A stretch of 64,000 nucleotides of DNA from Eledone cirrhosa. Its lineage: Eukaryota. The notes below the pieces were generated by a model that saw only the letters and a list, made by a program, of their open reading frames with translations, had not been told where the DNA came from and searched no databases. The position numbers were made by a program, and so were the translations under genes. The stretch spans positions 71,176,001-71,240,000 of the forward strand of contig OZ024746.1 of assembly GCA_964016885.1 (NCBI GenBank), written 5' to 3'. Of the stretch, positions 17,050-30,010 are shown one piece after another; the stretch's first letter is position 1, and every line of letters starts with the position of its first letter.

Positions 17050-17280
17050 GTGAAGAAGTGAAGAGGAAAGGGGGAGCGCCTCCTCTCTGGGCTTCCCCCG
17101 CGAAAAGAGTTGCACACGTTTCGGGGGTATGTGCAATCCCCAACACGCCCCCTCCCTTTTGAGGACTTTTTATTGTTATATTATTATTGTTATTCCTTTT
17201 TTCTTTACTCGATTTATGTAAACTCCCCCACTGTGTAAATGTCCCCTTCTTTTGTGCCCTCGTGGCAAATAAATAGAAAT

Positions 17281-17324
<44 letters not shown>

Positions 17325-18183
17325 TCGTCATTCTATAGAGAGTTGATCTGCAGTAAGTGCGACGACGCGCTCAGTGAAACTCTAGGCGTAGACGAAGATG
17401 AACTGGCCAGTCTGTTCGGTAGGACCTTCCGCCCGGGACCGATGGACAACTTCCAAAAGTCCCTGGCCTGGCAGTGCTACCGAGGAGCTCTACCAGTTCG
17501 AGACAAGCTCTACAGACATGGGCCCCCGGGCAGGGACCCTGCAAAAAATATCTGTCCGAGGTGCGTGCGAGGCGAAGAAACCGTCGCGCACACATTCAAA
17601 CACTGCCCGGGCGTTACCGACCTGTGGGGCTATGTAGAACGACTATTGTCGCGGGTGGGACCAATCCGGTTGACCACCGAGTCCATTGTCATGATCAAAC
17701 CGCCACCATCCTTCAAAAACGAAGGAGAGGCAGTTTTCCTTTGTGTGATAGCTATGGCGAAAGAGGTTGTATGGTGGACGAGGTTAAAAGGGCTGAGGTC
17801 AGACACCTTTCTCTCCGGCCAACAACTGATTCTTTTTTTCAAATACCACTTTGGAAGAAGAATCAGAATGGAGAGAATTTTATGAAAGGTGGGTGAAAGT
17901 GGCGACAATGGCCCGAGCGAATGGGCCTTCTCTCTATATCAGCCTGTAGGTTGAGGAAAAAGAGGAGGAGAGGAAAGGGGTACAAACTCTTTGTACTCCT
18001 GGAGATGAGGGTGCACATTTTTTTCGGGGGTATGTGTTACCCATATGTAATGTCTCCCCCTATTGGGGAAAATCGACTAATTTTTAAATTGCATGTGATA
18101 ATATTTTACACGTTTTTATTGTATGTAAACTTCCCCCTTTGTATTTGTCCCCTTCTTTTGTGCCCCTGTGGCTAATAAAGAAA
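17325..18183 (+). mobile_element. Truncated Tx1-like copy with the same 5' breakpoint as 10541
   Basis: Starts TCGTCATTCTATAGAGAGTTGATCTGCAG like 10541; ORF 17343..17885; (TATC)n flanks. Confidence 0.9.
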
Positions 18184-18185
18184 CA

Positions 18186-18218
<33 letters not shown>

Positions 18219-19940
18219 GGCTTCGTTTCCGCCTTCAGAGGCTGGATCGCTGCCATCCACAGCAACATCTGCTCTGCAGTCAAGGTGAATGGCTAGAGCC
18301 ATTCCAAATCATGCGTTCCATCCGTCAAGGATGCCTTCTCTCCTCCATTCTGTATGTGCTGACTCTCGAGCCACTACTGCGGAAGTTGGAGCTATTGAAG
18401 AGCATCCCGATTGAACCAGGATTGCGCAACGCAGCGTCGGCCTATGCTGACGACGTGACCGCAATGGTGTCGAAAACCTCGGAAACCGAGGTAATCAGCA
18501 ACCTATTACAGGAATACGAAACGTTGACAGGAGCAAAACTAAACCCGAACAAGTCTGCAGGTTTGCAGCTCGGCACATGGGGAGGCAAACCTATGCCGTC
18601 CGACAGCGTCGTTGGACGCTAGACGGAAGGGCCGGTAAAATTGCTCGGGGTCTGGTTTCGTCCAGACTTCCACGTGGAACGAGATCACGGCGAAGGTTTT
18701 TGCACTCACCCAGAGGTGGGCTGAGTGCAAACTCTTCTTAAAAGGTCGAGCGAAGGTGGCGAACACTTACATAGCATCCATCATCTACTACCCACTTGAC
18801 GGTTGCCTTGTCCCCGCGATCACCTAACCAAAATGGAACGTCTACTTTTCAAGTTCCTTTGGAAGAAACAGGCTCCATTGGTGAGGAGATCCATCTGCTG
18901 CCAACACCCTTCTAACAGAGGGCTGGGCATACCGTGGCTGATGATGCGCAAACACGCGCTGAGGCTACGCCATCTCCAGGTGTTCCTGACCGGTGAACCG
19001 GTGGGGTTGTCGTTTGTGAGACGAGCTTTTCCACAACTCGTCTCACTAACAGAGCTGCAGTCCTGGGTCAAGCAAAGACCGAAAATGGGCGCCTGGCACC
19101 TCCAGTACGTTCAGGCGCCCACAGCCCTCTACCAAGCGGAAACGGCAATCAGCGGAGACTCCACGTCGACATTCTATAGGGGATTAGTGGAGGATAAGTG
19201 CCACGACGTTCTCGGGGAGGCTCTAGGCATCGAAGAGGACGAACTGACCAGTCTGTTTGGGAGGACTCTCCGTCCTGGGCCTATGGATAACTTCCAGAGG
19301 TCTCTGGCCTGGCAGTGCTACCGAGGAGCTCTACCAGTTCGAGAAAAAATCTACAGGCACGGACGCCCTGGCAGGGATCCTGCCAAAAGGACCTGTCCAA
19401 GATGCGTGCAGAACATTGAAATCGTTCTGCACGCAATTGTTCTGTGCCCAGGTTTGACCGACCTGTGGTATTATGTCGAACAGCTACTGTCACGTGGGGG
19501 ACGCATCCAGTTGTCAGCTGAGTCCATCGTGAGGATCACTCCACCGCCTTCATTTAAGAATGAAGGAGAGGCGGTTTCCCTCTGTCTGCTGGCTATGGCG
19601 AAAGAGGTAATATGGTGGAGGAGGTTAAAAGGACTGAGGGAAAACACCTTCCTCTCCGGACAACAACTCATCCCCTTCTTTAAATATCACTTCAGAAGGA
19701 AGGTGATATTGGAGAGAGAGGTGCTACACCCCAGTAAATTCACTGAAAAGAAGTGGGTGAATGTGGCGAAAATGGCCCGAGTGAATGGGCCTTCTCTGTA
19801 TAGGAAGACAAAAAGTGGGAAGACGGGAACATCTACAAACGTGCTCCTGGTGTTGAGGGTTGTCCTATCTACGGGTGTAAAACAACGACGCAGTAACATT
19901 CCCCGCTATTGGGGATTTCGATTTCTTATTTGTTAATACA

Positions 19941-20927
19941 CTAGCAGAATGGCCCGGCGCTGCTCGGGCTTCTAAACATAGATTGGCATGTTTATCCCTC
20001 CTTTCTGAAACAGTACAGAGAAGTACGGAATACCTCGGCCTAGGGATGGTGTCTACATTTTGTGCTTAGGCAAATAATTTTCCATTAAGATTTTTCAAAA
20101 GCATGTAATTGCGTTCCCTCTCTTTTTTGTTGTTGTTTTTGCTGCTGTTGGTGTGATAGCAGCCGTTGGTCGTACTACTAACACAGCCTCGTCCTTCTTC
20201 AGCCAATCGTGTATATCCCCTTCTGCCTCGCCTACCTAAACAATAATTGTAGCACCTCCTTGTACACAATGTTCCTTGTTCTTCTGTGTCGGGCATATGC
20301 AAAGAGATTTGTCTTGCATCCGACTCTTGAGCAGCCAACGTATGAAAAACATGACTCTTTCAAAAGAAGACCAGCAACAGCTAGGGTCTGACCCTGGGAT
20401 TTGTTGATAGACATTGCAAAGTTGACACGGTTCGGCGAATGGTTCGTTGGTTGTCTGTTTCAACTGCTCTTCTGGTGGCAGTACGTTCAGCATCTTGCGA
20501 ACGTTGAATAGCAGATTCCACTGACGATTTGTTTGCCCGGCTTGTTCTTTTCTTTCGCAGTATTTCGACCAATGGAGTATCTCTTCCATTGAGGCATGAC
20601 CTAAAAGCAGGACGTAGTACACTAAGACTAACTGGTAGAGTAAGGAGTAAACTCGTCAGTGATGCATGTGATTTCCGAACCGTTGACTATGTAATTGCTG
20701 GCCTTGTGCCAAAAGTAGTGGGACCTTTTGGGTGGCATATTGGCAGTAACAATGACGATAAGCCGTCTGTGCTTTCGTGAAATAAATACGTTTGTTTATA
20801 TTTTGTTTTTGTGTATGCAAAAATATCTGTACACGAATATATAATTATATATAATTATATAATATATATAATTATAATATATAATTATAATTGTAAAGGA
20901 CTGTTTGAGTTTATAACTCTAAATATA

Positions 20928-20962
<35 letters not shown>

Positions 20963-21539
20963 CGGCGATGAAATATGACCCTCCCCAAGTATAACAATAT
21001 ATATATATATATTAAAATAACAGATTAAAGTTTAAGCAAAGAATCGCTGCTTTCACTCTTAACGGGATCTCCTGAAACTAAAAAAATCAATCTGTGAACG
21101 CAGAAGTAAATATTTCGAAAAACGTTGCAACCGAAGGAAAACAGGAAGACGTTATTTTGGTTCGTGAAGACGTTCCCTGGCAATGAACAAAAATAGCGAA
21201 GATAATACGTCAGCAATGAGAACAATGTTTTCATAATGTTGAAATGCAGATAGCCAGACATGCAGACAGATATTATAAAGGGCGCGACCTTATAGCTATT
21301 TATCTATCTAAAAAGACAGACTAAGAAAGAGAGAGAGAGATCGCTAACCGGAGCCTAACACCCCTTTAACAACAGAAAATTGAAAAATAAAAGCTGCAGT
21401 TAATATCTTTAGACCGCAAGGAATATATAAATGCAAGTTTGAAGTAAATCAGAGTAGAAATGTGGATTTGTATAGACTTTGCAAAAATTAGGACACACAC
21501 ACACACAGAGACAATTTTAGTTTTATATATATGTATAGA
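19941..21539 (-). mobile_element. Internally deleted non-autonomous Helitron
   Basis: Minus strand starts A|TCTATACATATATATAAAAC and ends with hairpin GCCCGAGCAGCGCCGGGC then ATTCTG-CTAG|T. ORF 20232..20414 (SINKSQGQTL..YVGCSRV..TRNIVYKEVL) is a PIF1-like helicase C-terminus. Confidence 0.9.
21010..21240 (-). mobile_element. Penelope-like terminal-repeat fragment with a degenerate hammerhead, nested in the Helitron
   Basis: Homologous to 45025-45375. Minus strand GTTT-CAGGAGA-TCCCGTTAAGAGT-GAAAGCA..TGCTT-AAAC (21030-21078), next to (TA)n. Confidence 0.6.
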
Positions 21540-22159
21540 TAGTTTATTGTTATTCATTAATGTTTATACGATTTTTATGTAAAAACCCCACCGTGACGTC
21601 GTGCAATGTCCCTTGTACGCCCTTGTGGCAAATAAAGAAATCTATCTATCTATCTATCTATCTATCTATGTATCTATCTATAAATATATTTATTTCTATC
21701 TCTTTCACTTTATTCATATATCACTGTCTTTATATCTGATGGTGCAATATTTTCATGCGCGCTCACACACAGTCACGCATGCACACACTCATACACATAC
21801 ACACACACACACAGATAAAGGGTCTTAAACACTGCTTTTCCACCGCCGAAGCTGTCAACCAACCAAACCTCAACAGATGCTGTAGTTTCTGCGCATGCCC
21901 CTGCATTTTAAGTGCTGGCATTCCCTGGTGGCAGATGGACCTGAAGTGTGATTTAAGGGGGAAGTAAGATCACTACACACAACACATATATGTACACACA
22001 TATATTGATACACACTCACGCATATTCACACACACACACACGCATATGTATCGATACATACACACATAATTACACACTCACATATACATATACATACACA
22101 AAACAAGATTGACAGCCTCTCCATTAAGAGGAAATTAAAAGAAGTAGAAGATAAATAAT

Positions 22160-22610
22160 AATGTTTCTACTTTTAGCACAAGGCCAGCAATTAGCCCAGT
22201 GTATTACTGGTACTTTATTTTATCGACCCCCGTAAGAATGAAAGGCAAAGTTAACCTCGGCGGGATTTGAACTCAGAACGTAAAGGACCGTAACTCTATG
22301 CTGCAAAGCATGGCGTCTGGTTCTCTACCGAGACTGCCAAACCACCGTCCTCAGATAAATAATAATGATGATGATGATCGTGATGATAATAATAATGATA
22401 ATAATAACAATAATGATGACAATAATAATTGTTTCTACTTTAGGCACAAGGCCAGCAAATTACCCAGTACATTACTGGTACTTTATTTTATCGACCCCAT
22501 AAGGATGAAAGGCAAAGTCAACCTCGGCGGGATTTGAACTCAGATCGTAAAGGGGCGTAACTCTATGCTACAAAGCATGGCGTCCGACTCTCTACCGATA
22601 CTGCCAATAA
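22160..22610 (-). mobile_element. Two tandem tRNA-derived SINEs (Meta-SINE-like)
   Basis: Reverse complement: A box TGGCAGTATCGG, B box GAGTTCAAATCC, core GAGGTTGACTTTGCCTTTCATCC..GGGTCGATAAAATAAAGTACCAG, 3' end GCCTTGTGCCTAAAAGTAGAAACAATT. Confidence 0.8.
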
Positions 22611-22883
22611 TAATGCTTTCTTTTATTTGCCACAAGAAGAAGAAGAAGAAGAAGAAGAAGAAGAAGAAGAAGAAGAAGAAGAAGAAGAAGAACAACAACA
22701 ACAACAACAACAACAGTAACAACAACAACTAAAACAGCAACAACAACGAGCTAACAAAGGACCTTCTACATGTCCGCTCAATACGCTAGAAATAGCAACG
22801 AAATCTGCCTCAAGACAACCGATAGTAATCAAAATAGGAAAATGGCGCATGGAAAAATGTTGTTTTACAGATTTCTAAAAGAA

Positions 22884-23400
22884 GGCGTGTGGTTTAGTGA
22901 TAGAGTGTTGGCCTTTCAATCATGAGTTCGAATCCTAGACCGGGCGATGCGTTGTATCCTTGGGTAAGACACTTCATTTTACGTTACTCCAGTTTACTCA
23001 GTTGTAGAAGTGAGTTGCGACGTCACTGGTGCCAAGCTGAATCGGCCATTGCCTTTCCATTGGACGACATCGGTGGCGTGGAGAGAGGAGGCTGGTATAC
23101 ATGGACGCCTGTTGCTCTTACACAAACAACCCTGCTATCTGTTGGATGCTCTCCATTGTGTTAGTTTCAAATTTGGGTTTATTGGTACTCTCTTGTGGGG
23201 GTGTTTTTATTACTATATTGAAATCGAGAGTAGATGACGAGGGCTATGGTGTTCTCTTCGAGGAGTTCTCCATTGCCTTTCCATTGGACGACCTTGGTGG
23301 CGTGGAGAAGGGAGACTAGTATACGTGGGGGACTGCTGGTCTTTCACAAAAAAAACAACCTTTTCCGTGCTTGTGCAGCGGGGCGGATTTTATTTTCTAA
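22884..23400 (+). mobile_element. tRNA-derived SINE of a second family (CORE-like TCCTTGGGTAAGACACTT), with internal duplication
   Basis: A box TGGTTTAGTGA, B box GAGTTCGAATCC; body shared with 24494-24810. Confidence 0.7.
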
Positions 23401-23749
23401 CTGCAAATCCCATGGTCATTCGTGAGCGAAGGAGATCTTTACACATTTCTGATAAAGATCTGGAGTGGCCTCGGCTGTATTGCTTTTGGTCATAGATCTT
23501 GTTGATCAGAGCTGACTCTGGGTTAAAGAATGACTTCGATAACAACAACAACAACGACTCAAGCGGCAACGGTAACAAGAAAAGGGAATATACAACAACA
23601 GACAGAAGAAAAAGAATAACAACAACAACGACAACAACAAAAACCAACAACAATTATAACAATAAAAAGAACCTTAACAATAATGGCAGTAAGAAAAACA
23701 ACACAACAGTAAGAAGAAGAATGAAGAAGAAGAAGAAGAAGAAGAACAA

Positions 23750-23781
<32 letters not shown>

Positions 23782-23887
23782 CAACAACAACTCCTTCACC
23801 AGCTGCAGCTAGTCACAGACTAAACTAACATTACATTAAAGACGAGGCAATTAGAAGAAATAATAAATAAAACCTACTACTACTACA

Positions 23888-23956
<69 letters not shown>

Positions 23957-24149
23957 GTAATGGTCATTAAACGCTAGGTGGTTGCAATTCTGGTGTAAGA
24001 CGAGATGAAAATCTTCGGTTAGAAAAAAGAACCGTTAAATCCAAACTTAGCTGTCAATAATACCACCATCTTGGTTAGCGACCGAACAATGTTGACTAGC
24101 CGTGAAAACGGGAAATACGGCATACAACCTCTAATATACACACACACAC

Positions 24150-24273
<124 letters not shown>

Positions 24274-24493
24274 TATATGTATGTATGTATGTATATAAAT
24301 ATATATATATGTATATATATATATATAAATAGATGCACACACATACATACACATATATGTGCGTACGTGTGTGTTTGTGTGTGTGTGTGGGGGGGGGGTG
24401 CAAGTGTGTGTGTGTATGTGGCGGTGGTCGTGGGGTGTGGGTGGGTGTGTGTGTGTGTGTGGGTGGTGGTGGTGCAAGTGTGCGTGCGTGTGA

Positions 24494-24810
24494 TGGCACA
24501 TAGTTTAGTAGATAGAGCGTTGGGGTTACACTCGAGATGTTCTAAGTTCGATTCCCGGATCGGGAGTCTGTTTTAGCTTTTGAACTAGACACTTTATTTC
24601 ACGTTGCTCCAGTTCAATCAGCTGTAGAAATGAATTACGACGTCACTAGTGTCAAGCTGTTTCGGCTTTTGCCTTTCCCTTGGACAACATCGGTGGCGTG
24701 AAGAGGGGAGACAGGTATGCATGGACAACTGCTGGTCTTCTACAAACAACCCTGCGCGGATTTGTGCCTCTGAGGGTATTTTCTGGGTGCAAGTCTCATT
24801 CATGACCATT
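24494..24810 (+). mobile_element. tRNA-derived SINE, same family as 22884
   Basis: AGTTCGATTCC B box; CAGCTGTAGAAATGAATTACGACGTCACT..CCTTGGACAACATCGGTGGCGTG shared. Confidence 0.65.
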
Positions 24811-24908
<98 letters not shown>

Positions 24909-25033
24909 CGTGTGTATGTATGGTTTGGTGCCGCAGTGAACACAGAAAGTGACAGAGAGGAAAATATTAGACCCCAATACTGGACTGGTACCTTTTTTTA
25001 TCGACCTTGAAAGGATGAAAGACAAAGTTGACC

Positions 25034-25073
<40 letters not shown>

Positions 25074-25074
<1 letters not shown>

Positions 25075-25231
25075 GGTCCCAATAACTTTTTTTAGTTATT
25101 GCTCGCACCAATCTGAGGTATATGATTTTTAATGCGATGAAATACCAATGATGGTTGGAAAATCACTGACGAAGGACTATTTTTATCATATGTAACCCAT
25201 GTGCAACCACGCAGTATTCTTCTTTCTTCTC

Positions 25232-25240
<9 letters not shown>
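25074..25240 (+). repeat. (TA)n-inserted structured repeat, family S (other copies about 27270-27385 +, 41402-41575 -, 43030-43190 -, 43663-43866 inverted pair)
   Basis: Shared GTCCYAA-hairpin-TCGC..GGTAT..GCGATGAAATACC..CACTGAYGAAGGAC; copies 70-80% similar by eye. Confidence 0.7.
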
Positions 25241-25284
<44 letters not shown>

Positions 25285-25677
25285 CAGTATCTTATTTGAA
25301 ATCTACGATAATGCAAAATTGACGGTAGATTGCGGAATAAATTGAAGACAAATATCTTTATATTGGTGTGTCACCTGTTATTTTATTCGCTTAATATTTC
25401 GGGTCAAAAAGCCCTTTGTCAGAAGTCTATAATAAGCAATTGGGAACCGGTAACGACAAAAAAAGCAGCAACTCCGACCCAGTTTCTTATTATACTCTTC
25501 TTAAGAAGAGTTTTTAGAACCGAAATATTAGGATTGGTAAATAAAATAATAGGTGATACACCAACATCTTTGATTACCTTCAATGTATTCCGTAAACTAC
25601 CATTCATATTGCATTGTCGTAATCTTCAAAAAAACATTTATACACTAAAACAATGCTCCAAGCAACTAAAACAGCCT

Positions 25678-25800
<123 letters not shown>

Positions 25801-26144
25801 ATAGTATTGCCAGAATACTAGATATTACAATACAACGGGAGGAAACATAATAGTACCACTGATGACGTCACAGAACTTTGATAAACTATATATATATATA
25901 CATATATATATTTTTAACCGCTGGTCAATCAATGATAAACATTGATTGCCAGATAAATTAACTATATGGAAATAAAATATACAGAAGCTAAAACCGATCC
26001 AAAGCAAACAGCGAGTGTGTTTTATTATTATTTCTGGCAATATTATAACAATATGACCCACCCCCAAATATAACAATATTTGTTTCTACATACGATTTCA
26101 TATAAAAATCTTGCACAACAAATATATATATATATATATATATA

Positions 26145-26792
26145 GGCAAAACACCCGCTGTAGTTTATGAAGCTGTGGTCACTTCCAACCGACCAAATCA
26201 ATCACAGGAGGTCAAATCTTATGTGGACATGGCCGAGGGACGATTTAAGAAACGCTTCCTGAACCATCAGTCGACCATTAGGTACCCGGACAAACGATCA
26301 TCCACGAAGTTCGCGAGCCACGTATGGTCCCTCAAAGACTCAGGTATAGACTACTCCATTCAATGGAAAGCAATCACTAAGTCCAAGCCATACGCAAGGG
26401 GCAATCCGTCTTGTGGACTGTGTATTGAAGAAAGGATAAATATTCTAAGGAGATTACGCAATAGCGATTGCCCAAATTCGAGAATGAAATCTTCTCCCGT
26501 TGTCCACATGTCTGGAAACACTTCTTACATAACTACGAAGCTCCGGATTGAATAACAACAACATTCTAATTTTCTATTCAACTCGAACATTTTATTCCGG
26601 ACTTTCGCAGTTATCTCCCTTACACCTTTCGCCCGTGGTTTTGTATCGCTTGGGTGAAGTGACCGTTTCTGCGCATGCGCGTTCATACAGTTTTTCTTCC
26701 TGTTCCGTATAACCATGACCAGTCCGATCTGAAGATCCGCCTAAGATGAAACAATTGTTCTCGGTATGGTGATCTAACTGTTGTGTTACTAC

Positions 26793-26795
<3 letters not shown>
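26145..26795 (+). mobile_element. 3' fragment of a Penelope-like element: GIY-YIG endonuclease C-terminus, 3'UTR and hammerhead
   Basis: ORF 26175..26555 has SYVDMAEGRFKKRFLNH..HVWSLK..IQWKAI..SCGLCIEE..NSR. Hammerhead CCGAT-CTGAAGA-TC..GAT-GAAAC-AATT-GTT-CTCGG at 26724-26764; (TA)n on both sides. Confidence 0.8.
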
Positions 26796-26860
<65 letters not shown>

Positions 26861-27379
26861 CGGTTTATTTTTATTCATATGTTCATATTCGCAACGACGC
26901 AGCACGCCATTTTTCATTCACATATATTTTCCCTTCGCTGTGGTTCGTATTTTTTCTGTTACCTTACTGCTTTCCTCTTTCTCTCTCCCCCTTACCTCTT
27001 ACTTTCCTCCATCCCCGCTGCTGGTCACACACTCTCAGCTGGCCCATTCCTCACTGGCCCTTTCACTCACTCACTCTCTGCTACTCCTCTTCTCTCACTT
27101 CCTCCCGTCTGACCTGCGTTAATTATCTCACTTTTTTCGTGGCTCGGACGTGTCTGTTTTCTTCTCGTCATTTGATTTGTCGGACTTGAGCCCACAAGAT
27201 TCATTGACTTGTCTCTCTTTTCTTCTCTTTAAGTGGCGTTACTACCATGTTTTTTGTTCACTTTCCTCTGTCCCAATAACTTAATTTAGTTATCGCTCGC
27301 ACTGATTTTAGGTATATAGTCTTTAATGCGAAGAAATACCAATGAGAATCAGCAGACTACTGATGACGGATTTTTCTAG

Positions 27380-27447
<68 letters not shown>

Positions 27448-27991
27448 TAGCGAGAATCGTATTTCGGCTTAGGAATTAACGAAAAATAACTTCCTAGATG
27501 TGTGGCAAGCGCTCAATGATTCAGATGAACTAGAGCTACAACATACGTTAAAGGCCAAACACACTGAGACGATGGTTATACAATCATACGCACAGCCATA
27601 AAAACGACCAAGTAATTCGGGTCAAACAAATAAAAATATATGTGATTGAAAATTTACCCGGATGGTTGGTAAAATCCAGCATTTGGGTTTCTGCGACTCC
27701 TAAATCAAGTACTGACCGCTTACACAAATAATGTTAGGCTTCTGGTAAGATGATTGAACAAGGAAGCCACATTTTCAACAGGTTTTAGTTCGAGTGCTAA
27801 TTTAAGGAATGACCGTTACCGACCCCACGTGGGGCTCGGCAAGGGAGGCAACCCTTATTTTAGGCGGATGAATTCAGTATGTGTATATTATTGCAAGAAT
27901 GCAAAACATCACAAAACGAATTAAGCTCTGAACAGAATGGTTAAAAGTTAATGGTTAAAAGTATACATATATATACGCGCACACATATATA

Positions 27992-29247
27992 CAGGGGTTG
28001 GACAAAATGATGGAAACACCTAGCATCATAGCATCATAATTTTGAAATATTTATAAAACCGTCAAAAGCTTGTTTATTTTTATGTTTTTTTATTTATTAT
28101 TAGTGTTGCTTAATATGTTTTGTTAAAATTGCTGTTTCTTTTCAGATATCATCAGAAAAAGGTAATTAAAATTCATTAAAATAACAGATCTATCGGACTT
28201 TCAAAGAGGTCAAATTGTTGGTGCTCGTATGGCAGGCGCTAGCGTAACGAGAAGAGCCGAAATGTTTGGTGTATCAAGAAGTACTGTCTCGAAAGTAATG
28301 ACAGCCTTTGAGAAAGAGGGAAAAACCTCCTCGTCGAAACAAAACTCCGGAAGAAAACCAAAACTTTCAGATAGGGACCGTCGGACTCTTACGCGAATTG
28401 TTAGAAAGGATCACAAAAGTACAGCTCCCAAAATTACTGCAGAGCTTAATGACCACCTCGAGAACCCAGTTTTCACAAAAACTGTTCGCCGGGAGCTGCA
28501 CAAAGCCGGATTTCACCGGAGGGCTGCAATCAGAAAACCACTACTTTCAAAAACAAACGTTGTAAAGCGTTTAGAGTGGAGTAAAAACCTACAGAATTGG
28601 TCCCTAGAGCAGTGGAAGAATGTTATTTTCTCGGACGAGTCATCCTTTACCTTATTTCCGACCACCGGCCGAGTATACGTGTAGAGACAGCCAAAAGAAG
28701 CATTTGACCCAGACTGCCTTCTTCCAACTGTTAAACATGGAGGAGGATCTGTGATGATCTGGGGGGCTATATCTTGGAAATCCGCCGGCCTAGTGGTTTC
28801 CCTTCATGGCAGAATTAATAGTCAAGACTATTTAAGCATTTTATCTGATAAAATTCATCCTATGGTTGCGGAACTGTTTCCGGAGGGAAATGCAATCTTT
28901 CAGGATGATAATGCACCAATTCACACAGCTAAAGTTGTTACTGAATGGCACGAGGAACATTCTAGTGAAGTTGAACATCTTATCCGGCCACCACAGTCCC
29001 CAGATCTCAATATTATTGAACATTTATGGTGCATTTTAGAAAAACAAGAAAGGAGTCGATACCCTCCACCATCATCACTACAAGAACTGGAAACTGTTTT
29101 AGCTGAAGAATGGACAAAAATTCCTTTGGAAACAATTCGAACTTTGTACGAGTCCTTTACCTCGTAGAATTCAAGCGGTAATTACTGCCAAAGGCGGTCC
29201 TACCCCATATTAAAATAAATTTGTTTGAAATTTGAAGGTGTTTCCAT
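27992..29247 (+). mobile_element. Tc1-family DNA transposon (DD34E), inactivated
   Basis: TA|CAGGGGTTGGACAAAATGATGGAAACACCT left TIR; partial right TIR AGGTGTTTCCAT. Transposase has FSDES, QDDNAP and PPQSPDLNIIEHLW. Start codon reads ATA, TAG stop at 28682, C-terminal frameshift. Confidence 0.92.
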
Positions 29248-29250
29248 ACA

Positions 29251-29345
<95 letters not shown>

Positions 29346-29894
29346 ATATACGTATAAGTGTGCGTGTGTGTTTGTTTGTGTGTGTGTATAATATACTTCG
29401 AGAATCGTTTATTCTATTTCAATAATCATTGAGGAGATTTAGAACTTGATACATATATCGTTTTTAGATTCCTCTATTTAATTCTATTTTCATAGCCTTG
29501 GAATTATATATTTAGATACTTACATATTTAGTTATTTCAACTTTTTTAAAGGTGGGTATTTGAATATCTACTTTCTTTCTCTCTTTTTTTTTTTGCTACA
29601 ACAAATTTAAATATATTTTTCGTATTGCGATATCCTTAAGATAATTGTTTTTCTTTCCAGTTTGAATAGTTTTCCATTATTTTGAAAATTCGTTTTAATA
29701 TAATTATTTTCATATCTTTTCTTCAGCCCGGATACCCTTGAGATCAACAATTACTATCTTCACACCCTTCAGGCTTTTATTTTCATATTTCATATGATAT
29801 AATTCAGTGAGATATGCTTTGATACTATTGATACATTTTCTTCTATTTTCATACCCTTGAAATCTCAATATATATATATTAATATATATATATA

Positions 29895-29988
<94 letters not shown>

Positions 29989-30010
29989 AATATACATATA
30001 TATATATATA

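Larger units (their letters stand above)
11577..17280 (+). mobile_element. Apparently full-length Tx1/L1-clade LINE inserted in (TATC)n
   Basis: 5'UTR, ORF1, ORF2 (APE-RT-CCHC) and 3'UTR ending GTGGCAAATAAATAGAAA; (TATC)n on both flanks. Confidence 0.92.
18219..21640 (+). mobile_element. Older degenerate Tx1-like copy (RT to 3'UTR) split by a Helitron
   Basis: ORFs 18311..18622 (RQGCLLS, AYADD) and 18803..19936 with stops and frameshifts. The 3'UTR resumes at 21540 and ends CTTGTGGCAAATAAAGAAA+(TCTA)n. Confidence 0.85.

Noticed and set aside
22884-22940. tRNA gene
   Set aside because: A and B boxes are present but there is no cloverleaf, and it continues into a SINE body.
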